Source of the DNA: Octopus sinensis
Lineage: Eukaryota
Reading direction: 5' to 3'
Length of the DNA stretch: 64,000 nt
NCBI RefSeq assembly: GCF_006345805.1
Contig: NC_043000.1
Span: forward strand, 86,428,001-86,492,000
A program made the translations under genes and the position numbers. The first letter of the stretch is position 1. The number at the start of each line of letters is the position of its first letter. Positions 12,509 through 25,739 of this stretch are shown here, one piece after another. The notes under the pieces are model-generated. The model made no database searches. It saw only the letters and a list, made by a program, of their open reading frames with translations, and was not told where the DNA came from.

Positions 12509-14305
12509 TGAAGATATGGAAAGCTCCTGGCCCATCAGGAATCACTGCTGGGATGCTTAAAATATCTGGCAGTGTGGGTTATGGTCTACTCACCCATATT
12601 GTAAATTAGGTGGTTCATGAAGGAGTCAAAACCAATGACTGGTGTAGCAGCACCATAGTCAACTGCTACAAAGGTAAAGGTGATGCCTTAGAAATAAGTA
12701 CAGAAGTATCAAATTGTTGGATCAGGTGATGAAGGTTACAGAGAGGATCATAGCCCAACTAATTAGGGAGAGAGTTAGTCTAGATGAGATGTAATTTGGT
12801 TTTGTGCCAAGGAGACGCATCACTGATGCTATATCTCTGGTAAGGCAGCTGCAGGAAAAATACATAGCTGAAGATAAATCTCTGTACTTGGCTTTTGTTG
12901 ACTTGGAGAAAGCCTTTGACAGGGACCCCTGCTCCTTTATCTGGTGGTCAATGCAGAAACTAGGGATAGATGAGTGGTTGGTTGAGAGCTATATAAGCCA
13001 TGTACAGGGACGCTACAAGTAAGGTGAGGGTTGGCAATGAGTAGAACAAAAAATTCAGGATACAAGTAGGGGTTCACCAGAGATCAGTCATCAGCCCCCT
13101 CTTGTTCATCATAGTCCTCCAGGTAATAACAGAGCAATTCAAGATGGGCTGCTCCTTGGAGCTCCTCTATGCTGGTGACCGTGTTCTTATTGCTGAATCA
13201 CCACCAGAACTAGAGTAGTTTCAGGTATGGAAGAAAGGTCTAGAATCAAAGGGCCTAAGAGTTAATCTTACAAAAATTAATGTCTTAGTAAGTAGGAATG
13301 TAGACAAATCACAAATCCCTTCAGGTAGATGGTCCTGCTCGATCTGTAGAAAAGGCGTAGAAACTCCATAAGACATACTCAGTGAAAGCTATGGACACAT
13401 AAAAAGTGCAGCAATATCAGAGGAAGGTTAACAAGGAAAATAGCTTTTGTGTGCGGGAGATGCACAGCTACAATAAACACTGCAAATGTACAGAAAATAG
13501 GCTCCATCAACTGCCAGTGGGGTAAGCTAGAGGTAGTTGATAGCTTCTGTTATCTAGGTGACCATGTCAGTAGTGGAGGTGGATGCTCCGGGAGCATAGC
13601 TGTGAGAATAAGATTAGGCTGGGCAAAGTTCAGAGAGCTCCTACCTATGCTGGCAACAAAGGGCCTCTCCCTCAAGATGAAAGGTAGATTGTATGATACT
13701 TGTGTACAAACAGCTATGCTACACGGCAGTGAAACATGGACTGTGACAGCCAAAGACATCCATAGGCTTCAAAGAAATGAAGCTAGTATGCTTTGCTTGA
13801 TGTGCAATGTCACTGTGCATGTTCAACAGTGTGTAAGCAACTTGACAGAAAAGTTGGGTATAAGAGGTATCAGATGTGGTGTGTAAGAGAGACGACTGCA
13901 CTAGTATGGTCATATGAGGTGCATGGATGAGGACAGCTGTGTAAAGAAGCACCAATCTCTAACTGTGGAGGGAACCTGTGGTAGAGGTAGACCCATGAAG
14001 ATATGGGACAAAGTGGTGAAGCATGATCTTCAAACTTTGGACCTCACAAAGGCAATGACTAGTGACCAAGACCTTTGGTAATATGTTTGAGAAGACCCAT
14101 CAAGCCAAGGGAAATCATAGTTGTAGCTGATGCTGGTGTCACGTAACTGGCACCCACTATGGTGGCACATTAAAGCACCCTTACATTCTAGGAGTGGTTG
14201 GTGTTAGGGTGACCATCCAGCCATAGAAACCATGCTGAATCTGACTGGAGTCTGGTGCAGCCTTCCAGCTTACCAGCATGGACAATGAATGCTAAATGAT
14301 GATGA

Positions 14306-14309
<4 letters not shown>
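12509..14309 (+). mobile_element. 5'-truncated RTE LINE, decayed reverse transcriptase
   Basis: KAPGPSGITAGMLK, ITDAISLVRQLQEKY, LAFVDLEKAFDR, VDSFCYLGD, RIRLGWAKFRELLP, MLHGSETW; many stops and frameshifts; ends in (GAT)n. Confidence 0.92.
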
Positions 14310-14348
<39 letters not shown>

Positions 14349-14438
14349 AACACACATATATACAAGCACAATCACACACATGCATATACACACACATGCA
14401 TATACATACACACATGCATATGTATGACAGGCTTCTAC

Positions 14439-16439
14439 TAGGTATCACTAGAGAACACTATACAATGGAGACAAGCACAGTTTGAACACATAAAAAGACA
14501 CTTTTTACATTAACATTTTCATGTCAAAGTAAATATTTTCTGAGGAAAATTACATATCATTTGAAAGTTCAAGATGGGAACCTTCTTTTCATATAGGTTT
14601 AATTAAAATCCAACAATTATATATCATGTCAGGGTCCCTCAAACACCTTGGTATTTCTATGCATTTACAAAGTTTGTCCTGTTTTTTTTTCTGTTTTTTT
14701 GTCTACTGAACAGTAGCCCTCATTCTAATCCAATGCACTTGAATGCCATAACCTGAGTTGTATTAAAAATCAAACTCTCATAAAGAGGATGGTCTTCACT
14801 TCATTTTGATATAAAAATCGACAGGAATAGTTCAGATAATAGTTACAAAATAGAAAAGTGAAAATTTCATTGATAATTTTTGCTTAGAAAAGAAAAATAT
14901 CTCACAAATTCAATGTAATCATTGATAATTCTGGCCATAATATGACGAAAACGTACAAAGTGAGTAAAAATGGTGGTATATTGACCCTGCTTGCTAAACT
15001 GACATATTCATGTGTGGTGAGAAGTAAAACTGAATACAAACCCAAAACTTCAAATCTTGAGCAAGCAAGAATTTCAAGAAATGGACAAACTAGTAAACAT
15101 ATTTCTACAAAAAATGCACTAAATTAAGTTTAATAAGTCTTCTAGAGCCCAAACTTAGTATAAAATCATTTTATTGAGAATGTTGTTTATTCCCTCTTTC
15201 TGTTTAAACATGTGGTGAGCCACTTGGTAAACCAAGTGGATATTTCATTTAATTTTTCGTTGAGAGATATTGGTCAAATTCTTCCAATAAAAATATCATA
15301 TTGTGCAATGACTATGATTTTATAGACAATTAAAATCAGATGTGATGCTCTTCTTCCGATTTTGAAAATAGTTGGGATAATTTGTGTTAGTGCTTACACA
15401 TTCATTTTGGATTTCTTTTCTCGCTCTCCTACTAACGAGTTTGCTGTAAGTTACAGAGGTTGTTATTGCCTTTAATTTGTTTTTAATGATTAAAGCAAGG
15501 AATTAGTTTTCATGATTTGTTTGCTTTTTAACTTAGGTCTACATGCAATTCTGAGAAAGTTATCTGGTGGTTGTGGGTTGTGCTAGAAACAATAGCCAAA
15601 TCTCCCTTAAATCACAAATCTTTTCATTTGAAAACATTTTCAAATTAAAAAATAAATTTTTGCCCAAAAGCCTTCTCCCATCATTTTTAAGTGTGTAGTG
15701 CAAACAAAATTGGTCCTAATCAGTCCGGCAGGAGCGGGAGATGGAAGGGGGAAAAAAGTTATAAATTTTCCAAAATTTTTTCATAAAATGCTTACCCCAC
15801 ATCATTTCCAAGACCATGATGCAAAAAAAAAATTTTTTAATTGGAAAACTCCCTGTCAAAATGGGAGAAAATCTAACTTATGTGAGCATCATGATTTGAA
15901 ACTCTGTCATTTATAGACATTTTTAATAGTCCATTAAAATTTTATGAAATGCTGTTATATTCCAAGATATTTAGTTCCATACCACCTACAAATATGCCAA
16001 AACTCAAGTCCCTGTGACTTGTACTTTTGGATTTAACTAGGTATGAAAACACAGTGAACTTGACAGTTTGTGACATGTAACAAGGTATATTTTACATAAA
16101 TATTTTTAAAAATTGCAAAAAAAAAAAATTTTTCTTTTCAAGAATCTGAAAAAAAAATAGGCAACTGATATACTATGGTTACTAATAATTTGTGAAATTT
16201 GAAGATGATTATCATCTCAGTTTCAAAGATATGACAGCACAAATATGACTAATCATTCATTTAGGCTAATTAGCCAAGATTTCAACCAATTTACTGACCA
16301 TTCAAATTGTTATATTTCCTAAAATATTCACCCAAATTTTACAAATGAGGTATCAAAATGTTTCTTTTTGGATGTTCTCCAAGAAAAATTACAGTAAAAA
16401 TTACATTTAAATATTTTCAAAAATTCATAGTGATACCTA
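14439..16439. mobile_element. Unclassified non-autonomous TIR DNA transposon, 2001 bp, 7-bp TSD
   Basis: Perfect 12-bp TIRs taggtatcacta (14439-14450) / tagtgataccta (16428-16439), flanked by cttctac on both sides; it interrupts a minus-strand SINE head. Confidence 0.88.
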
Positions 16440-16594
16440 CTTCTACCAATTTCCATTTACCAAATCTATTCACAAGACTATGGTTGGCTCAGAGCTATTG
16501 TAGAAGACACTTGACCCAGGTAATGCATAATGGAACTGAACTAGAACCTATATGGCTGTGAAACAAGCTTCTTAACCACACAACCACACCTGCA
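16440..16594 (-). mobile_element. SINE head (continues at 14424-14438 and 12213-12440)
   Basis: Matches the head of the 52731-53119 SINE (tttccatttaccaaatc...gtagaagacacttg...aaccacacaaccacacctgcac). Confidence 0.75.
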
Positions 16595-16742
16595 CTGTGG
16601 CTATTTAAAAATATAATTTCAGGTTTTAGAAAATCCATACTAACTCTTGAATATCTTGAAATTATGCCACTTAGAAATTTGTTAGACACAAATATGATTA
16701 ATAAATTAGCAAAATGTAATAAACAGTTGTTTATTATATTTT

Positions 16743-18835
16743 TCTGCTGAGATGCTTAAAATAAGTGGTAGAGTAGGATACAGTCTAGTCATCTGCATAG
16801 TTAATCATGTTATTCAGGAAGGTGCAAACCTTGGTGACTGGTGTAGTAGCTGCTTCAAGGGCAAGGGAGATGCCTTAGATAGAAGTAATTATAGGGGCAT
16901 TAAATTGCTGGACCAGGTGATGAAAGTTATGGAGAGAGTTATAGCCCAATTAATTAGGAACAGAATTAGACTAAATGAAAGGCAATTTGGCATTGTGTTG
17001 GGAAGAAGCACTACTGACACTATTTTCATTATCAGACAATGACAAGAGAAGTATTTAGCTAAGAATAAGCCATTGTACTTGGCATTTGTTGATCTGGCGA
17101 AATCCTTAGACAGAGTACGTTCTTCTGTGATATGGTGGTCTCTGGGAAGCTAGGGATAGATGAATGGCTTGTAAAAGCAGTAAAGGCCATGTACAGGAAT
17201 GTGTAAGGGTTTTTCATGAGTACAGTGATGAACTTCGTGTACAGGTAGGTGTTTATCAAGGCCTGGTCCTCAGCTCCCTCCTATTCCTCATCATTCTCCA
17301 GGCCATAACAAGAATTTAAAACTCACTGCCCATTGTAACTATAATATTCTGATAATCTTGCCTCATAGCAGAATCTGTAACAGAACTAGAAAAAAAGTTC
17401 CAGGTGTGGAAGCAAAACTTGGAACTGAAGGGCCTTAATGTTAAATTAGAAAAGACTAAGGTCCTAGTAAGCAATAAAATGGACAGGACCATACCCCATC
17501 AGGTAAATGGCCCTACTTAATATGTAGGAAAGACATAGGCAGGAAATCCATTGAGTGTACCCAGTGCAAGCTATGGGCACACAAAAGGTGCAGTGGAATA
17601 ATTGGAAGGTTAACAGAGAAAGCAGTGTATGCATGTGGAAGATGTACAGGAGCTGTAAGATCTACAGATACACAGGAAATTGATATTCTCAAATTCCCCA
17701 GGAGCTCCCTAGAGGTAGTGGATAATTTTTGCTACTTAGGGGACTTAATTAGCAATAGTGGAGGATGTTCTAAAATTGTAATTATTAGAATAAGAATAGG
17801 ATAGACAAAGATAAAAGAGCTTTTACGTCTGTTGGCAACTAAAGGTCTCTCTCTCTCTCCAAGTGAAAGGAAGACTGTATGATGCATGTGCATGAACAAC
17901 AATGCTATTAATACATAGTAGTGAGACATCAGCCCTGAATGCAAAGGACGTGCAAGGAACTAATATTCTCCACAGGATGCGCAATGCCAGTGTACATGTG
18001 CAACAGAGCACTAGTGTACTGAGAGATAAGCTAGGAATAAGAGGAATTAGATGCAATGTGCAAAAGAGAAACTATGCTGGTTTGGTCATGTGATGCATAT
18101 GGATGAAGACAGCAGCATAAAGAAGAACCAATCACTCATTGTGGATGGAACTTGTGAAAGTGGGAGATGCAGGAAGTCATGGAAGGAAGTACTGAAGGCC
18201 AATCTTAAAACTCTGAACCTTACAAAGGAGATGACAAAGGACTGAGATAGCTGGTGTCTTGCTGTAAACAAAAAAACCCAACCACACAGCAGAATCGGTA
18301 TCTTAAAACCACATTGGTAATGCTTGTCTATGAAGGGCTCTTCTCCACTCCCACCTTCCTTGCCCCTTCAACTATTTCCTCCCACATTTCATTCCCTAAC
18401 ACCCATCACTTCTCTATAACCTGAAAGCAGAATAGGCATATATTACATCCCCACCGGCTTACTCAGTTACCTTTCTTCCCCCACCCCAAACTATTTCCGT
18501 TTCCTATTATCTTCCCTTGCCTATTTTCTCCACCAATCACCCATCCTCAACATCATCTCTCTCACTACCACTATCTTTACCTTACTTTCTAAGTCACTCA
18601 CCTTTCTTTTCCAGTTGGAGTATCCATGTATCTATTTTTCAGCAAAACACTTATATCTGTCCCTCTATACCTTTAATCTCGCAACGGGCACAAAGCTCCA
18701 CCCACTCAAAACTACTACTCCCTCTTTGTCTTGCAAGGTACCTGTCAAGTCTGTTGGTGATGGTGGCACATAAAAAGCATTCAGTACATTCTGTAAAGTT
18801 GTTGCCATCATGGAAAGCAGATGTTAAATGAAGAT
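16743..18835 (+). mobile_element. Second 5'-truncated RTE LINE copy
   Basis: FKGKGDALDRSNYRGIKLLDQVMKVMERVI, GRSTTDTIFIIRQ, LCWFGHVMHMDED; paralogous to 12509-14309, with a longer pyrimidine-rich 3' UTR and tail remnant. Confidence 0.9.
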
Positions 18836-19550
18836 AATTCTTAATAACTTTTTAAACTTTAAAACATAGTTTGTTCTTTTCTAAATTTCCATATGAAGTG
18901 TGCCACTAAAGCTTCTTATTTGACATCCTATGCACCACAAAGCTAAAAACATTGAAAACCACATTTGTAAAGGATATGAAAGACATTTGATATTATAAAC
19001 ATAGTTTTGTACTGCTTTGTCTTCAAGTTTCAAATTTTAAGAAAGTGTTTAACTACCTTGAATTGACAATCATTATTTCCACAAAAATACTAATTAAAAT
19101 TTTTGTTCATGATTATTTCATGAGAAAAGTTTGAATAATTAAGACTTCTATGATTAACAGAAATCACAGTGAGTTAATTCAATTATTGCGTGATTGTATC
19201 TTAATTAAAAACAATTAATTGAAATTCTTGTCGAAATATTCAGCAATCCTTTCAAATGCTATTTCCTATTCTATTTAAATTTATACCCTAAAGATGAAAT
19301 TCTACATGCAAAGATTTGTATTTTGCAACAAACTTAAGTCCTTGTTCTGATTATAAATGAATCATATGATTTCATGTGATGCAGTGATCTAGATAATGCA
19401 TTAAATTTATACAGAAACCAATTTTAACTTGACTGGTGTAACTTATTTCATATAATACTGTATAACTGTTGCAGTTCAAGGATTCAGTAATAACTTCTTT
19501 CCCAAATTCGAAAATATTAAGATACTTTCTGTAGATATATTTTCTGCTTA

Positions 19551-19910
19551 TAGGCATAGGTATGGCTGTGTGGTAAAAAGTTTGCTTTCCAATCACATGG
19601 TCCCAAGTTCAGTCTCACTGTGTGGCACCTTGGACAAGTGTTTCTTACTTTAGTTTCAGGTCAACCAACGCCTTGTGAATGGACTTGGTAGATGGAAACT
19701 GAAAGAAGCCCATTGTGTATGTTTGTCCCTCACCATTGATTAACAACTGGTGTTGGTGTGTTTATGTCTCAGTAACTGAAAGACTAAGTACCAGGCTTAA
19801 AAAGAAGATAAGTACTGAGGTAGATTTGTCTGACTAAAATTCTTCAAGGCAGTTTCCCAGCATGGTCACAGTCTAATGATTTATACAAGTAAAAGATAGA
19901 TGAAAGATAG
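19551..19910 (+). mobile_element. Degraded tRNA-derived SINE
   Basis: ggcataggtatggctgtgtggtaaaaag head and ...acaagtaaaagataga tail; same family as 37596-38015. Confidence 0.75.
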
Positions 19911-19930
19911 AATATATTAACTTAAATATA

Positions 19931-21522
19931 TGAGGTGGTATCAAAAAGTTCCTGGACAAGTTCTGTAGTGTGCACAGTGAAAGCTTGCAGTGATCTTCAT
20001 GAGGTAATGTGCTGAGTGACATTGTGTGTTTACTTTGCAAGTAGTGAAATTTGTGTTTCTCATTTCTTTACTGCCCACAAGGGGCTACACACAGAGGGGA
20101 CAAACAAGGACAGACAAATGGATTAAGTTGATTACATCGACCTCAGTATGTAACTGGTACTTATTTAATCGATCCTGAAAGGATGAAAGGCAAAGTCGAC
20201 CTCGGCGGAATTTAAACTCAGAACGTAGCGGCAGACGAAATACCTATTTCTTTACTGCCCAGAAGGGGCTAAACACAGAGAGGACAAACAAGGACAGACA
20301 AATGGATTAAGTCGATTATATCAACCCCAGTGTGTAACTGGTACTTATTTAATCGACCCCGAAAGGATGAAAGGCAAAGTTGACCTCGGCAGAATTTGAA
20401 CTCAGAACGTAGCGGCAGACAAAATACCGCTAAGCATTTTGCCCAGCGTGCTAACATTTCTGCCAGCTTGCCACCTTTGCCAGCTCACTTTCTTAAGTTG
20501 TGAAATTTGTGTTTCTGTGATCATGCGATTTTGTCTTGCATTAAATGTGGGAAGTCTGCTGCAGAGACATTGAGCTTGCTTTGGCAAGCTTATGGCGATG
20601 AGGCAATGGGTAGTATGCAATATTTTGAATGGCACAGGTACTTCAAAAGAGGAAGAACACCCCTGGAAGATGATGAGCAATCTAGAAGACCTGCCACGAG
20701 TATCATCCCCAGAAATGTGGAGAAAATTCATCAGCTGTGCATGAGGGTTGTTGGAGAATAATCAATGACATTGGTGATGTTGTCTGTCTGTTATATGTGG
20801 TCTGTGCAGCAATCTTAACATCTGAATTGAACATGTGGCATGTCTCTTCCAAGTTTGTCCCCTCCCTGTTGACCATTGGGCAGAAAGAACATTGCATCAA
20901 AGTCTGTCAAGATCTCTGAGACAAAACAGTAGTCTCTGACAACTCTGATACAAAGCAGCAGTTATCACAATGGAAAAGCCCTCCATCTCCACAACCAAAG
21001 AAGGCATGACAGAGTTGCAGCTCAATCAAGAGCATGCTCACTGCTTTTTTTTTTTTGTGCATCAGCATAGCTGCAGCTCTGAGCTGAAACTAGAGAAAGA
21101 GAAATCTGTGGTATTGTGCATCAAGAATTCGTCCCCCAAGGCCAGACCATCAATTGAGAGATCTACTGCGATGTTTGAAGCATTTAAGGAAGGACATTCA
21201 GTGAAAACGATAAGATCTGTGGAGCGTGAAGAACTAGATTCTTCGCAATGGCAATGCACCCTCTCACTGAACTCTCCTCACCCAAGAGTTTCTTGCCAAA
21301 AACAATATGGTGTCACTTCTGCACACATACTATTCACCAGATTTAGCACCTGTGGACTTCCATCTCATCTCCAAGTTGAAAAGGCAGCTGGATTCCAAAA
21401 GTGGCATGAATGCTGTAACTGGTGTATTGCTGCACAAGGTGAATATTTTGAAGGAGATGATGTTAAAACTTAGGTAAATAAGTTATTTTTTATTAAACAT
21501 AACTAGCCCGGATAGTACCTCA
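19931..21522 (+). mobile_element. Decayed mariner transposon, TA-flanked
   Basis: Left TIR tgaggtggtatcaaaaagttcctggac; partly deleted right TIR ...gatagtacctca; GKSAAETLSLLWQAYGDEAM...FEWHRYFKRGRTPLEDDEQSRRP (HTH region), YSPDLAP-like tattcaccagatttagcacc, CIAAQGEYFEGD C-terminus. Confidence 0.9.
20061..20476 (-). mobile_element. Dimeric tRNA-derived SINE inserted in the mariner
   Basis: Two tandem copies of the 5657-5891 family body; TSD aagt(a/t)gtgaaatttgtgtttct at 20039-20060 and 20495-20516. Confidence 0.9.
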
Positions 21523-23198
21523 TATAAATTTTTGAGTTTACAAAAATAGAAAAATTACTAATTTCTGATTTCTGAGTATTTCTGATATTTTGGTAACAGT
21601 AACTGCATGCATTCCTCAAAAGCCTTTTTGACTGTGTTAATGTGAGACCATGTGTCTGTGAAAGAAATTAATCATGAAAGGTACTAGAAACAGAATTGTC
21701 TTTAATTATCATTGGTTGTTTTATGGTAACGAAAACTTGATGCCTTCTTCTTCTCAGTTCAAGTCACGTTAGAGTTTGCTTTGATCTTGAATCAATAAAA
21801 CAAATATAAGTGGATCATATGAATCAATTTTACACTCCTCAATAAAATTGGTATTGTGGCTCATTAAAAGAACTTGTTAATCAATGAAGCTAAGTGCACG
21901 CAGTATTTAAAGATGAAGAATTATCAATATATCTGATTATGTGCAAGCATTCATACACATGCACACATTTAAAACTAAATTCATAGACAGATCCTTTTAG
22001 TTTCTGCTTTAAACAGAAACAAGCTTAACTCTATAAGACAACCAAAGAATATAGATATAACCAGGTCTAGTTATTTTCAACAAACACAATGAGACCAAAA
22101 CATGGACACAAAATCAATTATATAGCGATGTTTCATTAGAAAGGTACATAATAGCAATCAAAATAGACTCGATTGATATCATCTTAGAGATAGCACACTT
22201 TTAATTAGCATTACTTACATAGTATCATTCTAAATCATGTTTATGAAACATCTATTAGCCTTATTAATAAAGCTTCCTCACTAAAAATTTACGGAACTAA
22301 TTTTGCACTGAATAATTTATCTATTAATACTGCAAAAAACATTTCTTTTCAACATTTTCCAACAAATGACAAAAAGTAGATTTCTACCCCCTATGATGTA
22401 CGTATATTCTCTCTTTCTAAACAACACTAAATGCAACCCTCTGTCTTAAGAATCACAATTCTATGACACTACCTCTACTTCTATATATTCCTGATAAACA
22501 TTAATCTCTACTTTTTTCAGACTCTGTATTAACTTTTAATCTTATCCAACCCTTATATCGTATATGAGAAGAACATCATAGTCTACAAGTAGTTGTCTTC
22601 CTTGGAAATCAATGAACCAGGAAAAATTATTTATTTCAAATTTAGTAATTGGATTTTCCAGACTATTAGTCTCATCTTTAGTGTGCACATTTACAATATT
22701 TGCAGTATGATATTGGCTCACTCTCCCAGCTTCATCAGGTGTCTCAGTCCTGGATGGATACACAATATCAGATTGGTTTCACGCCAGAAAACATTTCTAA
22801 ACTAAGGGCAATCAAGTTCTTTCTTAACCACCTCCACATAGGTGCCATTCACATGCATCTTAAACATCTCATACTAAACCTGCATCACTGCCATGAACAT
22901 AGTTAGGAACAGTATTCTCATAAAAAGAGATAACAGTATTCTCAGACATGAAAACCTAGTCTTAGATAACATGTAACTAAAATCCTCAGAAATCTTCAGT
23001 GATATTTCTTGCTAGCCTTACATGCTGTGGGTTAAAAAGTTTACTTCACAAAACATAGTTCCAGGTCAATTCTTTTGTGTGGCACCTTATAATAAATCAG
23101 TGCCTTCTCAATAGAATTTGGTAAATGGAAAATGTGTAGTTGCCTGTCATATATATATGTATGCACATTTATGCGTGTGTGTGTGTGTGTGTGTGTGT

Positions 23199-23935
23199 AT
23201 CATCATCATCATCGTCGTCGTTTAACGTCCGCTTTCCATGCTGGCATGGGTTGGAAGGTTTGACTGAGGACTGGCAAGCCAGAAGGCTGCACCAGGCTCC
23301 AATCTGGTCTGGCAAAGTTTCTACAGCTGGATGCTCTTCCTAATGCCAACCACTCCGAGAGTGTAGTGAGTGCTTTTACATGCCACTGGCATGAGAGCCA
23401 GTCAGGTGGTTTTGGCATCGACCATACTCAAAAGGTGTTTTTTACGTATTACCTGCATGGGAGCCAGTCCGGCAGCACTGGCAATGACCACGCTCATATG
23501 TTGTTTTTCACGTGCCACTGGCACATGAGCTGGTAAAGCGACACTGGCAATGATCATGCTCGAATGGTGCTTTTTATGTGCCAATCAGTGGCCCTAGCAA
23601 TTCCATTCAGCTGTGCTTGAAAAGATATGTCAAGCTAGGTAAAAGCATGGTTGATTTTGCATATAGGCTCATCCCTTGCAATCCTCTCCAGCTGAGCATT
23701 CCTAATGTTGCATGCTCATAGGTGCTGCGTCACATAAAAAGCACTTGTGCTGGTGATGAATAAAAGCACTCAGTACACTCTGGGAAGTGGTTGGCATCAG
23801 GAATGACATCTGGCCATAGAAACCATGCCAAAACAGACATAGAGCCTGAACAGCCCTTCAGCTTGTCAGCTCCTGCCAAACTATCCAACCCATGCCAGCA
23901 TGGATAATGGACGTTAAGTGATAATGATAATGATT
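23199..23935. mobile_element. Two RTE-tail retroposons back to back, tails outward
   Basis: Minus copy 23199-23590 starts (cat)n cgtttaacgtccgctttccatgctggc; plus copy about 23605-23935 has ctgtgcttgaaaaga...ccaacccatgccagcatggataatggacgttaagtgataatga. Confidence 0.75.
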
Positions 23936-24027
23936 ATATATATATGCATATATATGTGTGTGTGTGTGTGTGTGTGTATAAATATATATATACATTCACA
24001 TAAAAAGAAAAAAACATGGAAGGTTGT

Positions 24028-24230
24028 TAAGATATTTCATTGCATCAGCTTACATACATTTCATTAACAAGGTGATTATTGTGACATAACGAAAATTACA
24101 TAATCAAGACTTAATGTCTAAGTGTCAGAGACATGTTAGAATAAGTTTGGATTATCTAATTTACATTACGTAACTAATAATCACCTTATATTAATGAAGC
24201 ATATGTAAGATGGTGTAATTGAATATCTTA
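24028..24230. repeat. Imperfect ~200-bp palindrome (foldback element)
   Basis: 24028-24126 pairs with 24130-24230 along its whole length at roughly 75-80% identity by eye. Confidence 0.8.
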
Positions 24231-25477
24231 TAAAGATTCTTTTAGTTTTGTTTTCTACACATTCTAGAGTACCTGATCTGTCAATAATGAAGGTGTATGT
24301 TTTACTGTGTGACAATCACAAAATTTGGTTTGAGCATATGAATATTTAATTTTTCCAATTGGAGGAATCACTGGAAAATGTACATGATGGAAGTTGCTAA
24401 TGAAAGTATAAGGATGTTAATAAAAATGCCAAAATAGCAGGAAAATAAGAAAATTATATTCATCATTCCTCAAATATTACACTGGTTTGATTACTTTTAA
24501 TATGTACAATATGTCGTAGTCAATGTTTCACTCATTATTCTACATTATGTTATTTTCTACAACAAATGCTCTACTAAAACACACATGTCATATATGTATT
24601 CAAATCTATTAAAATATATGCATATTTACATGTGGATACATGATCTTACAAACAGGTTACACACATTTCTAAAGGCTTTTAAGGGACAGCAGGTTTAGTT
24701 CATGCAAAAGCTGCACATTTACAATACATTTGACACAATCTGTGCAAAAGATATTATTATGCACATTGACTGCAAAAGTTCTCAAAGAAAATTTCTTGTA
24801 TAGATATGACGAAGAACCAGCACATCTTAGCATTCTGAATTTTGAATCAGTAATTTTAAATTCTTCTTGTTTTTTGTTGCACTTAAAGCAGGAAATACAT
24901 GCATGCAGTGTAATAAGTAAATAGGCTGAACTTGAATTGATGATATCTCTCAGTCAGTTGAATATAAAGATAATAGTGGAATATATGAAGCAAAATAATA
25001 TTAATAGTGGAATAAGTGTATATACGAATACATATAATGCATTAATATATATTAAATATATATTGATGACACATAGTGTATTATATATATATTGATTAGA
25101 TAGATTTACCAATAAGAATAAGGACAAAATTAATTTGAACATCAAAATCTATTAACATAAAAATGTTAGTGGAACACTATGAGATAAAGGAGGCAGCAGA
25201 ATAAACTTTCAAATACAATCCATCAGTAGCAAGAACTCATATCAAATGAGAGCTCATATCAAATAATTTGGAAAGTAAATCATATAAAGTGTAACAAATC
25301 CAACAACTTCAAATAGTTAAGTATAAGTACAAATACATGTAGCCTCTTATGTATAAATTGATTTCATAACAAAGGATATAATTACAGTACATGAACAGAA
25401 ATACACATGGAGTTCTAAATACTGGTTATTTGTTATGCAATCTAAGGTTTAAATTGCAATGGACACACACACACACA

Positions 25478-25687
25478 TGAGGGGAGCTGAAAAGTTTCTG
25501 GCTTTGGGTAAAAGAAAATACAAGAGGGTCAGTTAATTATGATTTTATTCAACATATTCCCCTCTCAGATTCACACACTTATTGCAGTGGTCCTATTCCT
25601 AAGGCCTGTAAAAGAAATCAGACGGTTGGGCCTCCAACCAGGCTTTTTGTGATACCCTTAAAGCTAGGAACATTTCAGCACCCCCAC
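25478..25687. mobile_element. Mariner-type MITE (~210 bp)
   Basis: TIRs tgaggggagctgaaaagtttctggcttt / aaagctaggaacatttcagcacccc; non-coding interior. Confidence 0.8.
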
Positions 25688-25739
25688 TGTGTGTGTGTTT
25701 GTGTATGTGTGTGTCTGTGCATGCGTGTGTGCATATTCA

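Larger units (their letters stand above)
12151..18964. mobile_element. Old hAT (Charlie-like) non-autonomous element expanded by nested insertions
   Basis: Left end cagtaattctcaaatggtgtgctgcaacatactggtgcacc; right end gtgtgccac...tgcaccacaaagctaaaaacattgaaaaccacat; degenerate 8-bp TSD ctataaag / ttgtaaag (6/8). Confidence 0.55.

Noticed and set aside
20970-21473. 167-aa ORF
   Set aside because: Mostly out-of-frame reading of the decayed mariner; only the last residues are transposase.
22690-22750. Minus-strand gacacctgatgaagctgg, like a Penelope-associated hammerhead, and the overlapping 73-aa ORF
   Set aside because: The GAAAC half and stem II are missing, so at most a dead remnant; the ORF has no recognisable homology.
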